From assembly GCA_018992685.1 (NCBI GenBank), contig JACVGT010000019.1, positions 1 to 64,000 of the forward strand: a stretch of 64,000 nt of DNA, in the 5' to 3' direction. Source of the stretch: Theionarchaea archaeon. Lineage in GTDB: Archaea > Methanobacteriota_B > Thermococci > Methanofastidiosales > SZ-28-30. The position numbers and the translations under genes are program-made. The notes below the pieces were generated by a model that saw only the letters and a list, made by a program, of their open reading frames with translations, did no database searches and was not told where the DNA came from. Shown in pieces: positions 20,222-30,631 of this stretch (within the stretch, counting starts at the first letter, position 1; each line of letters begins with the position of its first letter).

Positions 20222-20491
20222 GCTCTCATTTTTCTCTTCGTTTCCCTGTGGACCTTCTTTCTGATTCCTCTCACAGTCCCTGGTGATGGTGGCAAGCTAG
20301 GGGCTCTCATGGCTCACTGCCTGCTTCTCTCACAAATGAAATGTAGCAATAATCAGCTATTTCTCATCTATACAAAAGAGCAAAACTTTATATAGATAAA
20401 CCACCTTTTTTCTACTAGTGTTGAAAAGCCAGACTTTCACATTCATCATTCATCCATGCAAGAGACTAGTTCTGGCTTATTTGGTGATCCT

Positions 20492-21757
20492 ATGAAGAGA
20501 CAAAAAGCTGTAATTGGAGAGATTATTCGGAAGAAGGCAGGGGGTGCACGAATCAGAACAGATATTGGAACCACAAAGTACCTGATTTTTGCACAGATTG
20601 ATGCAAATGGTGTTGTCGAACGTCCAGACGTGGTGGGTGCCATTTTTGGACAGACTGAAGGATTGCTGGGAGATGATCTGGATTTGCGTGAATTGCAGAG
20701 AACAGGAAGGATTGGAAGAATCAGCGTTTCAGTGAATTCCAGGAATGGTCGTTCTCGAGGTTCCATAACGATTCCGTCCAGTCTTGATAAGATCGAAACT
20801 GCTGTTCTGGGGGCTTCACTGGAGACTATTGACAGAGTGGGTCCCTGCGAAGCAAAGATCACTGTCACCAAAATTGAGGACGTCCGGACCCTCAAGAGAA
20901 ACTACGTGATTGATAGAGCCAAACAGCTTGTCAAGTCCATGTTTACAGATGTCCTGCCTGAATCCCAGGAGATTACTGAAGAGGTCAAAGAATCCATCCG
21001 TATAAAGGAGATTACCAAATACGGCAAAGATAGTTTGCCTGCAGGACCCAACATTGATGATTCTGATGCCATTATTGTGGTAGAAGGAAGAGCAGACGTT
21101 TTGAATATGTTGAGGTATGGTATTAGAAATGCTGTGGCAGTGGAAGGCACCAGCATTCCCAAAACCATCGTTGACCTGTCAAAGGAGAAGACGGTCACGT
21201 GTTTTGTTGATGGGGATCGAGGTGGAGAATTAATTTTCAAAGAGCTGATGCAGGTGGCCGAGGTGGACTACGTGGCCAGAGCCCCACCCGGTAAGGAAGT
21301 GGAAGACCTGACCAAGAAAGAGACCATCAAAGCACTGCGAAACAAGATCCCTGTGGAACAGGCCATGACAGAACTGTTTGAAAAACAGCTGAAAGAAGAA
21401 TCGCAGAAAGAAGAAGTGAAAGAGGAAGTACCCGTTTGCCAGCAGGAAGGCCTCGAAGGGCTTAAGGAGTTTATCGACAAACTTCCCGGCACTCTGGATG
21501 CCTATCTCCTAGACGGGAAATACGTGCCCAAGATCAAAGTGTCTGTGAGAGATCTGGTCGATGCCATTTCACTGACCGATGATGTCAGGGTGGTGGTGTT
21601 TGATGGAGTGGTTACCCAGAGGCTGGTGGATGTTGCGGCAGAACGGGGGATTGAACGCCTGGTGGGAATAAAGATAGGCAACATCGCCAAGAAGCCTGTT
21701 GATTTAAAGATTCTGTCCTTTGGAGACATGATAGAAGAGCAGGATGAGATGTATTGA
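20492..21757 (+). CDS. dnaG: Archaeal DnaG (exosome-associated TOPRIM protein)
   Basis: [35 protein letters not shown]. Confidence 0.97.
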   Translation: MKRQKAVIGEIIRKKAGGARIRTDIGTTKYLIFAQIDANGVVERPDVVGAIFGQTEGLLGDDLDLRELQRTGRIGRISVSVNSRNGRSRGSITIPSSLDKIETAVLGASLETIDRVGPCEAKITVTKIEDVRTLKRNYVIDRAKQLVKSMFTDVLPESQEITEEVKESIRIKEITKYGKDSLPAGPNIDDSDAIIVVEGRADVLNMLRYGIRNAVAVEGTSIPKTIVDLSKEKTVTCFVDGDRGGELIFKELMQVAEVDYVARAPPGKEVEDLTKKETIKALRNKIPVEQAMTELFEKQLKEESQKEEVKEEVPVCQQEGLEGLKEFIDKLPGTLDAYLLDGKYVPKIKVSVRDLVDAISLTDDVRVVVFDGVVTQRLVDVAAERGIERLVGIKIGNIAKKPVDLKILSFGDMIEEQDEMY

Positions 21758-21867
21758 TTTTCCCCTGCTCAAACCTTTTTTTCTGGGACTCCTGAGTTAT
21801 GTACAAGATGGGTCTGTGGCTGGAGGAGAATGAGTAGAGTTAAAAAGACTCATGTCCTCCGGGCAGT

Positions 21868-22650
21868 ATGAGAACCAGTGTAATACTTGTGCTCTTGGTG
21901 TGCTCTTGTATTGGAAGTCCTGAGAATTCCTCCACACACGGCTGTGAAAAACCAATACTGGATGTTACTCTTGAGGAGATTACCCTTTCTGGAGGACCCG
22001 GCTTGCTGGTTAATGGGGTCACGTACTCTTTTGCAGGAGAATGTGGCCAGGACACAGCCCTTGAACTTCTGGAGTTTCCGATTCCCGACTTCCCGTGGAC
22101 AGTGTACAGTGAAACGGAATCTCGAAACCCTCCGTGCCTGTACATAGAAAAAGACGAGAAGCTGGAAAAGTATACCAAAAACAACGGGGGGGAGGTACTC
22201 TTTCTTGAAATCAGAAAAAAGAGAGAGGCAACCCAGATTAGCGGCGGGAAAAGAGGAGGGCACGAAGGAAGTCCTGTGACATATGTGTTTGATCCTGAAG
22301 ACAGGACACTGAAAGGACGCATGGATTTCCCCCTGGACGAAACGCTTGTCATGGTGTGTGGGTTCCACCAGGAGAAAACTGGAGATCAGGAGACAGGACA
22401 GGTATGGTACCTGTACGGGACAACAGATTTCCCCCAGAACGTTTCTGATGTGGAGATCCTTGGAGTGGAAAGAGATGGTACCGTACACCTCTTCGTTTTC
22501 TGTGAGTATCTGACCATTCCTCCAGGGGAAACCCGGCAGGTGAACAGGTCGTTCCAGGAACGTATCGTTGATTCTTCCTACGTTGTTGTAATTACAGTTA
22601 CGGTAGAGAACTACGGGTTCCTGAATATGGCGAATATCATTGCAGAATAG
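21868..22650 (+). CDS. Hypothetical secreted/lipoprotein
   Basis: Signal peptide ending CSCIG. Confidence 0.6.
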   Translation: MRTSVILVLLVCSCIGSPENSSTHGCEKPILDVTLEEITLSGGPGLLVNGVTYSFAGECGQDTALELLEFPIPDFPWTVYSETESRNPPCLYIEKDEKLEKYTKNNGGEVLFLEIRKKREATQISGGKRGGHEGSPVTYVFDPEDRTLKGRMDFPLDETLVMVCGFHQEKTGDQETGQVWYLYGTTDFPQNVSDVEILGVERDGTVHLFVFCEYLTIPPGETRQVNRSFQERIVDSSYVVVITVTVENYGFLNMANIIAE

Positions 22651-22811
22651 CCAGTGATGGATTTGAGGTGGAAATTTAGCCTGAAAATTCCTGCCTGATG
22701 AAGAGGACACTCCTTGCTGCCCTGTACGTGCCCTTTTAAAGATATTGCATCTTTTTTTTCGTGCATTGTTCTAATCGCAAGGTTTAAAAGTTCACGTTTC
22801 GACATTTCCTT

Positions 22812-23621
22812 ATGAAAGTGGCAGCCGTGCTGTTGTGTATCGTGGTAGCGTTCTGCATTGGATCACTGGCGTCCATACTCGAATCTGAGCGACATGGCAC
22901 CACACCACCTGCTGCAGAAGAAGGATCATCATACCGAATTCAGCTCACCAATGTATTGCTGCCGCTCATTCTCACCACGTGGGTTGTGGTCATCCTCGTC
23001 TCTCTCAGCAGAAGATCTGGACTGAAAAAGCAGCGACTTGTGGATGACAGCGTGTCGTGGCTGTCGACAATCGGGCTTGCCCTGGGATTGGGTCTCCTGT
23101 TGTTCTTCATGTACTATACCTTCCGGGATCCCAGGAGGCTTGAGTCTATCATTCCACTGAGAAGTCCCCTGAATATCAATGCACTCTTTGACAAGCCAAT
23201 GCTCATCAGGCCGCCCACCACCATGGAGAGGGGCATCTACTACGTGGGCATTCTGATTTTACTGTTGTTGATTGCCCTCTTCTTCGTGAGTTTCATTGCC
23301 TTCTCCAGGAAGAAAAAGTATGCGAGAACATCTATCCTTGAAAAGATTGAGAGTGAAAGAAGGAAATCGTTTTCCTTTGAGGGGTCTCATAGAGACATTG
23401 TAATCAATGCATATGGTGCTTCCTGTGATCATCTGGAGACCAAGGGATTCTTATTCGATAGGGCAAAGACTCCCTCTGAGGTCAAAGACAATGTGAGAAA
23501 TTCTGATCTTGAGCAGCTGACCGACCTATTCGAGAAGGCCCGCTACTCACACCATATGGTTTCCAAACAGGATTCTGACAAGGCCCTGACCCACTATGAG
23601 AGGTTGAAACATGAAGATTGA
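22812..23621 (+). CDS. DUF4129-domain membrane protein
   Basis: KTPSE, LTDLFEKARYS. Confidence 0.85.
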   Translation: MKVAAVLLCIVVAFCIGSLASILESERHGTTPPAAEEGSSYRIQLTNVLLPLILTTWVVVILVSLSRRSGLKKQRLVDDSVSWLSTIGLALGLGLLLFFMYYTFRDPRRLESIIPLRSPLNINALFDKPMLIRPPTTMERGIYYVGILILLLLIALFFVSFIAFSRKKKYARTSILEKIESERRKSFSFEGSHRDIVINAYGASCDHLETKGFLFDRAKTPSEVKDNVRNSDLEQLTDLFEKARYSHHMVSKQDSDKALTHYERLKHED

Positions 23622-24003
23622 AACAATATTTGACGTGCTGGGGAAAGCCCTCCTGTGGACTGTTATCCTATTTGTAATTCTCCTGGTTTTGTACTTCTTC
23701 ATGAAGGTCTTTTCAGCAGGAATTGTCGTGTCTCTGGCACTCCTGGCCGTGACTGTGTTCCTTGTGTGGTTTTACTGGAAGGACGTCTCTCCTGCAGCAT
23801 CTCTCAGGCCAGGAAGGACCCCTGCTCAGGAGGGAAAGATTAAGGCTCTGACCAGAGTGATTGAGAGAGCGTCCAAGGGGTACGATGTGTCTCGTGAGCA
23901 GGTGGATCTGTTGGTTCAGTATGTTACAGGCGAAGAGACACATATTGAAGGAAAAGGAGAACAGTACGTTAGAACCTTGGAAGAGGTGGTAGCACGACCG
24001 TGA
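23611..24003 (+). CDS. Hypothetical membrane protein of the MoxR cluster
   Basis: Two TM helices; overlaps both neighbours. Confidence 0.7.
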   Translation: MKIETIFDVLGKALLWTVILFVILLVLYFFMKVFSAGIVVSLALLAVTVFLVWFYWKDVSPAASLRPGRTPAQEGKIKALTRVIERASKGYDVSREQVDLLVQYVTGEETHIEGKGEQYVRTLEEVVARP

Positions 24004-24935
24004 AAGAAGACTGTACCAAAATTATGGATGAAATCAGTACTGTAATTGTGGGAAAGCGAGACGTCATGGAACTCATCCTGTGTGCCATACTGAGTCACGG
24101 GCACATTCTCTTTGAAGACTATCCAGGACTTGCCAAGACACTCATGGCATACTGCTTTTCACAGACGCTGGGATGCACGTTCAAGAGAGTCCAGTTCACC
24201 CCTGACCTTCTTCCCGCAGACATTACGGGGACGTACATATATAACCAGAAGGACATGACCTTTGACCTCAGGAAAGGCCCCATTTTCACCAACGTTCTGC
24301 TGGCTGACGAGATCAACAGGGCCCCACCCAAGACCCAGTCAGCCCTCCTGGAAGCCATGCAGGAACGGCAGGTTACCCTCGAGGGTGATACGCATAAGAT
24401 GGCAGAACCCTTTATCGTCATGGCCACGCAAAATCCCATTGAATACGAAGGGACGTATCCCCTCCCCGAGGCTCAGCTTGATCGGTTTCTCATAAAAATG
24501 TCTGTGGGGTATCCTTCCAGAGAACAGGAAATCGCAATCATTGAGCGAAGGAAAGAACGGAAAGAGGACGATGTTCATGTAGAGAGGGTTGTTGACTCTC
24601 GAAAGATCATGAAAATGCAGAAAGCATGTGAGGAGGTGTTCATACATCACGATATACAGCAGTACATTGTTGACATGGTTCAGGCGACCAGAGACCATCC
24701 CAGTGTGGAAGTTGGTGCATCTCCACGGGGATCTCTGGCCCTGTTCAAGCTGGCCCGTGCCCGGGCAGCACTCCGTGGAAGAGACTTCGTCCTGCCTGAT
24801 GATGTGAAAGATGTTGCCATGCCGGCACTGCGACACAGAATTATTCTGAAACCAGAAATCTGGTACACCAGAGTAAGTGAAGACACAGTTCTGGCCCAGA
24901 TACTAGATAAGATACCGGTGCCAAAGGTGGAGTGA
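24000..24935 (+). CDS. moxR: MoxR-family AAA+ ATPase
   Basis: PGLAKT, QFTPDLLP.D, DEINRA, PLPEAQLDRF. Confidence 0.95.
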   Translation: MKEDCTKIMDEISTVIVGKRDVMELILCAILSHGHILFEDYPGLAKTLMAYCFSQTLGCTFKRVQFTPDLLPADITGTYIYNQKDMTFDLRKGPIFTNVLLADEINRAPPKTQSALLEAMQERQVTLEGDTHKMAEPFIVMATQNPIEYEGTYPLPEAQLDRFLIKMSVGYPSREQEIAIIERRKERKEDDVHVERVVDSRKIMKMQKACEEVFIHHDIQQYIVDMVQATRDHPSVEVGASPRGSLALFKLARARAALRGRDFVLPDDVKDVAMPALRHRIILKPEIWYTRVSEDTVLAQILDKIPVPKVE

Positions 24936-24942
24936 TTCCGGC

Positions 24943-26184
24943 ATGTACTCCTCCAAGTTTTTTTCTGTCCTGGGAATTGCTTTGGGATTCTTTGTACTGG
25001 GAATCCTGCTCAAACTGCCCCCCATCCTCTTTATTTCTCTACCTTTGATGATGTATCTCATACTCTCATCACGGGGGTGCCCCAGAACGGAATTCAGTGT
25101 GGAGAGGGGCGAGCTTCCTGCCAGGATGCTTGCTGGCGACTCTACGAAGATTACGCTCCGGGTGAGACTGTCAGGGGGAAATCCTCACTGTGTAGATATA
25201 AGGGAGACTGTCAGTACGGGCCAGGACGCATACTTCATGGTACGGGGAGAACCATGTCTTTCTCTTCACTATGAGAGAGGTGTAAAGAGAGGATTTCTTG
25301 AAGTCGGTCCCACCGCCATCTGTGCGCACAACTTCTCTCGCACGGTTTTTTTCACCGCCGAGTGTACTGACACAGCCAGTGTAACTGTTCTTCCCAGAGT
25401 TTGTCCAGTGAGGATAGGGCTTTCTCCTCGATTCACCACCTCGTTTCACGGGCCCATTCCATCCCGCCGGGCGGGAATTGGCGAAGAGTTTTACGCTCTG
25501 AGAGCATATCTCCCTGGAGATGAGTTCAGAATGGTAAACTGGAAAGCTACAGCCAGGGAAGGAGTTCTCATAACGAATGAATTTGAAGCAGAAAGAGTTT
25601 CTGAGGCCGTAATCGTAATAGACGCCAGCAAACGAACAGAAATCGGGATGAAAAAGAGCCTGCTGGATTATGAACTGGACGCTGCCGCTTCCATAGCACG
25701 GTTTCTCCTGGCCCAGGGACACAGGGTTGGGGCCTTCATATACAGTGATTACTTCCACTGGATGTCTCCTGGAACCACGCACCGGCACTTTGTCAAGATG
25801 CTGGATGTCTTTGCTGCCATTTCCCCCGCCGGATTTCACAGAACACAGTATGCAGCAGCCTATGTGTCAGCCTATGCACGCAGCGGCTCTCAAATTATCA
25901 TCATATCCTCAATGGAAGACCCCAGAGCGCTGGATGCTGTCCTGGATCTCCGCAGAGCAGGACTTCAGGTCATCGTGCTTTCTCCATCTCCCGAGAGTAT
26001 TGAGTGGCAGGAAATTGACCACACTCGCTACTCTGAGGCGGCTCTGGCCCTTTTGCAGAAGGAACGGAGGTTGACGTTTTCGCAGCTGAATGCTGTGTGC
26101 ACGGCAGTGGACTGGGATGTTTCCTATCCTCTGGAAGATATCTTGAAGAAGGTGGAACCATGGATTCGAACCAGAAAGCGGTAA
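24943..26184 (+). CDS. DUF58 (vWA-like) protein
   Basis: EFYALRAY.PGD....NWKATAR, IDAS. Confidence 0.9.
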   Translation: MYSSKFFSVLGIALGFFVLGILLKLPPILFISLPLMMYLILSSRGCPRTEFSVERGELPARMLAGDSTKITLRVRLSGGNPHCVDIRETVSTGQDAYFMVRGEPCLSLHYERGVKRGFLEVGPTAICAHNFSRTVFFTAECTDTASVTVLPRVCPVRIGLSPRFTTSFHGPIPSRRAGIGEEFYALRAYLPGDEFRMVNWKATAREGVLITNEFEAERVSEAVIVIDASKRTEIGMKKSLLDYELDAAASIARFLLAQGHRVGAFIYSDYFHWMSPGTTHRHFVKMLDVFAAISPAGFHRTQYAAAYVSAYARSGSQIIIISSMEDPRALDAVLDLRRAGLQVIVLSPSPESIEWQEIDHTRYSEAALALLQKERRLTFSQLNAVCTAVDWDVSYPLEDILKKVEPWIRTRKR

Positions 26185-26669
26185 AAACCTTCCTCTCTGT
26201 CACCGCTCTCGGCCTGAGCATACCTCTCTGTATCCAGAGTTCACTCTATGGAGCAGAGATTCTTGTGGCAGCACTCCTCGCTGTTGTGGTGTGGGTCCAT
26301 CTCTCACTGTCCAGGGTTCTCCTTATCATCTGGGGGGCACTGCTGCTGACCGATCTCCTGCTTCTGAGGGTAAGCAATTATACGCTCATTTTTGTGGTAG
26401 CCTTTCTCATCGTGCTGTACGAACTCTGTGATTTTGCTGGCCTCCACTCCGGTGAGACAGACATGCAGGAAAGCCATAATGCAGTCAAGAAAGCGCACCT
26501 CAAATATATTGCAGGGTTGTTCCTGGGTTGCAGTATTGTCCCGGCCTTGGTTGCATTCCTGGCTCAGGTCATTAGACTGCAGATTGGACAGGAAGCTGCA
26601 CTGAACATCCTGCTCTTTGCGGGAATAATCTTCATGGTATTCATCCTCATCAAAGTCGCACCTACGTGA
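26160..26669 (+). CDS. Hypothetical multi-TM protein
   Basis: Hydrophobic ORF overlapping the DUF58 gene end. Confidence 0.7.
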   Translation: MDSNQKAVKTFLSVTALGLSIPLCIQSSLYGAEILVAALLAVVVWVHLSLSRVLLIIWGALLLTDLLLLRVSNYTLIFVVAFLIVLYELCDFAGLHSGETDMQESHNAVKKAHLKYIAGLFLGCSIVPALVAFLAQVIRLQIGQEAALNILLFAGIIFMVFILIKVAPT

Positions 26670-28758
26670 TTCTCATTGCCAGGAATTGCTTCGCCACGAC
26701 CAGTGCAACCACAATGAGAATCCCCATCAGCACCAGGAAAATCACCAGGTTGCCCGACTTATCCAGAGGACTCCTGGGCTTCCCCCAGATGGTGACCAGA
26801 GACTCTGATGAAGAATCATGGATCTGGACCAGCAATATATCTCTGGGTTTGAGATCTCTGTATCCTGCTCGATCCCAGGGAGAAATAAAATCACTGTAGA
26901 GAAAGGGGGTATCGTACTCCCCTGGATTGTTCTTGACTTCTTCCAGGATGAACGATCCAGGTATATAAGCTGGGTACAGATGAGCACTCTCACCTGAAAA
27001 CCAGTACATCATGGTAGCGGGGATTCCCACAGACTTCAAATCCATCATGCTCTGATACGTGTGACAGATGCATGCCTCCTCCGTTGGTGACTCCCAGTTC
27101 CTGGCACTGATAAAAATGAAGAGTCGATCGCGGTCATCACCCTTCTGAACAATGGCATCCACCAGAGCGAACTCTTTCTTCATATACTTTTCACGCAGCC
27201 CGGGATTTTCCCATTCAGTCAATAAGGAGGCCTTCCTTCTGCTTAGGGTGAAAACATTGTGGGCTATTGCGAAAATTGCTGCATTCCCTCGCATGAGAGG
27301 AGAAGAAGTGGATTCTGTCGCCGTAATGGTACCGTCAAGATTCACCAGGTACTGATAGGGAATATCCAGGAGGTAGGAGAGCTCATGTTCACTCATTTCA
27401 GTCACATCGGTCATCAAATCCTCCTTCATGAAATACTCGATGAGACTGATATATGTTGAAAACTCCAAATCGTTCAGGAATTCATCTCCGGACAAGACAG
27501 TGAGATCGCTCTCGAAGCGGTTCCAGTCATAGAACCGCTCTCCGTAAATGTCAAGAGACACCTTCACCAGCACCCTATAGGGAGTGAGCACCTCACAGGG
27601 GAGAACCCGGGTGGTCTGCCACAGCAGATGATACCGGTATTTTTCAAATCGATCTTCATATACCAGACCCTCACTTGCAAAGCGAGCAGCTTGTATTACA
27701 GACGGATAGTCATCAACAGGTGCAAAGTCTGAGAGCACTGCAAGAAATCGGATGAACAATCCATTCTTCTCTGTGAAATCATAAAGATATCCCTCTTCCT
27801 CCAAGTAGTGGGCAAGCGAGCTGTCGGCCGAAAACAGATATGTCAGATTCTCCACCAGGTACGCGTGACTGTTCTCCACAGGAGAGGGAAGCCTCTCGAG
27901 AAGGGTTAGAGCAGTCTGACGATCCTCATATCCAATAGCACTGAGTGAAGACCATATACGCCAGGACTCAGTTGTCAAAGGATTGATTCGAAGACGTTCA
28001 AACAGGTGCTGATCTTTTTCTATGAGTCTAGTGACTCGCTCAAGCTGGGTTACATTGCTCCTATCAATAGCCTGAAACGACTCCAGATCTACAACCTCGA
28101 AGGTCAACTGGGGAGAATACTGGTACAGAGACTTCAATCCTTGCAACACCAGCACTTCTTCATGCGTGAGAAAATCAGTGAACCACGTTCTGCTGGACAC
28201 ATTCAAAGAAAGGTCAGCTGGGACATCAGCTAGAATCTCCAGCACAATGATTTCCTCAGCAGTGACGAATGTTCTGAACCACTCACTGGACGCAACTTGC
28301 GTGGCCAGCCCACTATTTTTCAATGCGATCTGATACATGAGGCCAACTGCTCTGATCTCCCTGTCACTGAGCGTATCACTTGTCCACCAGCAACCCACAA
28401 CGCTCTCTGCCAGAGAAGGATCCTTTTCAGAAATGTCCACGATAAGCTTCAGGAACTCCGCTTCATTTTCAGAAACAAAATCACTGATCCACATGGTATG
28501 GGCAATCAGGTAGGCAGCAACCGGACTCCTGTCTGCAATGCGGCACATGTGTTCCACGTAGGTCACTTCTGGCATGGTCCCTCTGCGGGCAGCCCACTTT
28601 ACCCACGGATACTCTTTGATAGCCTGGTATATCTCAGGGTGCTCTGTACAGAGAAGAGAGTCGTCTGCTTCTTGGTGCTGCTGAATGCATCCTGCACAAA
28701 GAAGAACCAAAACAGCATACACTGCAGCGCGTCTGAGGTGAGGGTTCTTTGTCCGCAT
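26662..28758 (-). CDS. Surface protein with ~35-aa helical repeats, possible transglutaminase-like domain and C-terminal TM
   Basis: Lipobox-like LCAGC; W..D..S..E repeats; C...GIPA...H motif; C-terminal TM. Confidence 0.6.
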   Translation of the reverse strand: MRTKNPHLRRAAVYAVLVLLCAGCIQQHQEADDSLLCTEHPEIYQAIKEYPWVKWAARRGTMPEVTYVEHMCRIADRSPVAAYLIAHTMWISDFVSENEAEFLKLIVDISEKDPSLAESVVGCWWTSDTLSDREIRAVGLMYQIALKNSGLATQVASSEWFRTFVTAEEIIVLEILADVPADLSLNVSSRTWFTDFLTHEEVLVLQGLKSLYQYSPQLTFEVVDLESFQAIDRSNVTQLERVTRLIEKDQHLFERLRINPLTTESWRIWSSLSAIGYEDRQTALTLLERLPSPVENSHAYLVENLTYLFSADSSLAHYLEEEGYLYDFTEKNGLFIRFLAVLSDFAPVDDYPSVIQAARFASEGLVYEDRFEKYRYHLLWQTTRVLPCEVLTPYRVLVKVSLDIYGERFYDWNRFESDLTVLSGDEFLNDLEFSTYISLIEYFMKEDLMTDVTEMSEHELSYLLDIPYQYLVNLDGTITATESTSSPLMRGNAAIFAIAHNVFTLSRRKASLLTEWENPGLREKYMKKEFALVDAIVQKGDDRDRLFIFISARNWESPTEEACICHTYQSMMDLKSVGIPATMMYWFSGESAHLYPAYIPGSFILEEVKNNPGEYDTPFLYSDFISPWDRAGYRDLKPRDILLVQIHDSSSESLVTIWGKPRSPLDKSGNLVIFLVLMGILIVVALVVAKQFLAMRIT

Positions 28759-28770
28759 TGTACTCGTTTC

Positions 28771-29184
28771 TCATTTGGTTGAGTGCAATATAAACCCTAT
28801 GACCAATCCGAAAAAGAGAACCATCAAAAGCAGGATGGAATATATCATTGACCAGCCCAGTGCACTGAACAGCACAGGCTCCAGGTCAGGATTGATCCCC
28901 AGGAATGAAGGAATGCTGTAAAACAGAGATGTGAGGACAAAGGTCACGATAACAATGACCAGACAGACAAGAAAGGACTTTCTGATATCCTTTACTACAA
29001 GCACTGTCAGATAACCCAGAATGAGGCCTGAACCAAAAAGAAATGACATATTATAGTGTGGAAACGTAGTTATACGCTCAAGCATCAAGAAGATGGTAAA
29101 TGCGGAAAGAATGAAAGCTGCAAGAAAGACGAATGCAATGTTTCGCAAAAGTCTCGATCTGTCTTCCACAGAAAAGAACATCAT
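28771..29184 (-). CDS. Hypothetical 4-TM protein
   Basis: Hydrophobic ORF coupled to the upstream gene. Confidence 0.7.
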   Translation of the reverse strand: MMFFSVEDRSRLLRNIAFVFLAAFILSAFTIFLMLERITTFPHYNMSFLFGSGLILGYLTVLVVKDIRKSFLVCLVIVIVTFVLTSLFYSIPSFLGINPDLEPVLFSALGWSMIYSILLLMVLFFGLVIGFILHSTK

Positions 29185-29657
29185 TCCATCACCCAGTATT
29201 CAACTGCACCGGTATTTAGACGGAGTCCTCTGAAAGGAAGTTCCAGCACCAGTTCAAGCTCAATCATCCATATCATCTTACCATATTCTCTGGCCTCGTT
29301 GACGTATTCCATGGGATAACGGTGGATTTCTCCTGAAAACTGGATAATAGTCTCGCCAGGAGGCAGCGTCTGGGTAAGATACAAAGCGTCAGATTTTATA
29401 AAACGTCCATTCACATACAGAAGGTAACGAACCTGGAACGTTCTCAGGACAATAGAAGAGGGATTGATGCACTTCACCCTCACAGTCAATTCTCCCTGAT
29501 CCCCTTTTTCTTTGAGCTGCAAATCTACCAGTTCATACTCCATGCCGTGGGAAGCTTCAGCGGCCTGAACATAGTGCACAAGTGTCGTATAGAGAAATCC
29601 TCCACTGAGAAGCGCCCAAAAAAGTAAAATAAGGAGGATAGTGTTCTCCTTTTTCAT
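29181..29657 (-). CDS. LEA-2/Ig-like membrane-anchored protein
   Basis: N-terminal TM; V...NPS....Y.LYVNG pattern. Confidence 0.55.
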   Translation of the reverse strand: MKKENTILLILLFWALLSGGFLYTTLVHYVQAAEASHGMEYELVDLQLKEKGDQGELTVRVKCINPSSIVLRTFQVRYLLYVNGRFIKSDALYLTQTLPPGETIIQFSGEIHRYPMEYVNEAREYGKMIWMIELELVLELPFRGLRLNTGAVEYWVME

Positions 29658-29658
29658 A

Positions 29659-30627
29659 CTACCCCCTCTGAAAACATGCAATCCAGTGACCGCTTTCCAC
29701 CTCTGTCAGGACAGGATCCTGTTGAGCACAAATATCCTTTGCATATTCACATCGCGGGGCAAATCGACACCCGGGAGCCGGGTTGATGGGAGTGGGAACT
29801 CGTCCTCTCAACTCTATCCGCTCTCGTTTCTCCTTGGGATCAGGCACAGGCACGGCAGACAGAAGTGCCTTGGTATAGGGGTGATAGGGATTCCCAATGA
29901 GCTCTTCTGTTTCTGCCAGTTCTACCATTTTTCCAACATACATGATGGCAACTCTGTTGCACATGTACCTCGCCACCGCAAGATCATGCGTGACAAAGAC
30001 CAGCGTGAGGTTGAATCGTTCCTTCAACTCCAGAAGCAGGTTCATGACGCCTGCTCTGATAGACACATCCAGCATAGACATGGGCTCGTCTGCCACAATG
30101 AACTCAGGGTTGATCACCAGTGCTCGCGCCACTGCTATCCTCTGCCTCTGACCTCCGCTGAGTTCATGAGGAAATCGGAATATGAAATCCTCAGGTGGAT
30201 TCAGGTCCACGGTTTTCAAGGCATTGGCCACCAGTTCCTCCCGTTCTTCGGGAGTTCCGATGTCCTGGATGATCAGAGGTTCTGCTATGGTGTCCATGAT
30301 GGAGAACCGAGGGTTCAGAGATTCATATGGGTCCTGGAATATCATCTGTACATTTTTCCTGAATTCCTTCAGGGCAGACCCTTTCAGATACGCTATGTCC
30401 TCCCCTTTGAAGTAAATGTGTCCTTCAGTAGGGTCAATCAGTCGAACCAGGAGCTTTCCACATGTGGTCTTTCCACATCCGGATTCCCCTGCCAGACCAA
30501 AGCTTTCTCCTTTTTCTATCTGAAAAGAAACATCTTCCACAGCATGAACATAGTTCGTCTGTTTCTGGAAGAGACCTCCCTTGAGGGCGAATAATTTTGT
30601 CAGGTCTTGAACGTCTAGTAGCGGCAT
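29659..30627 (-). CDS. oppF: Oligopeptide ABC ATPase
   Basis: [24 protein letters not shown]. Confidence 0.95.
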   Translation of the reverse strand: MPLLDVQDLTKLFALKGGLFQKQTNYVHAVEDVSFQIEKGESFGLAGESGCGKTTCGKLLVRLIDPTEGHIYFKGEDIAYLKGSALKEFRKNVQMIFQDPYESLNPRFSIMDTIAEPLIIQDIGTPEEREELVANALKTVDLNPPEDFIFRFPHELSGGQRQRIAVARALVINPEFIVADEPMSMLDVSIRAGVMNLLLELKERFNLTLVFVTHDLAVARYMCNRVAIMYVGKMVELAETEELIGNPYHPYTKALLSAVPVPDPKEKRERIELRGRVPTPINPAPGCRFAPRCEYAKDICAQQDPVLTEVESGHWIACFQRG

Positions 30628-30631
30628 TGGA

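Noticed and set aside
29641-30594. 317-aa plus-strand ORF (also 33762-34577, 21850-22710, 10064-10720, 59193-59786)
   Set aside because: Antisense shadows of better-supported genes; no motifs of their own
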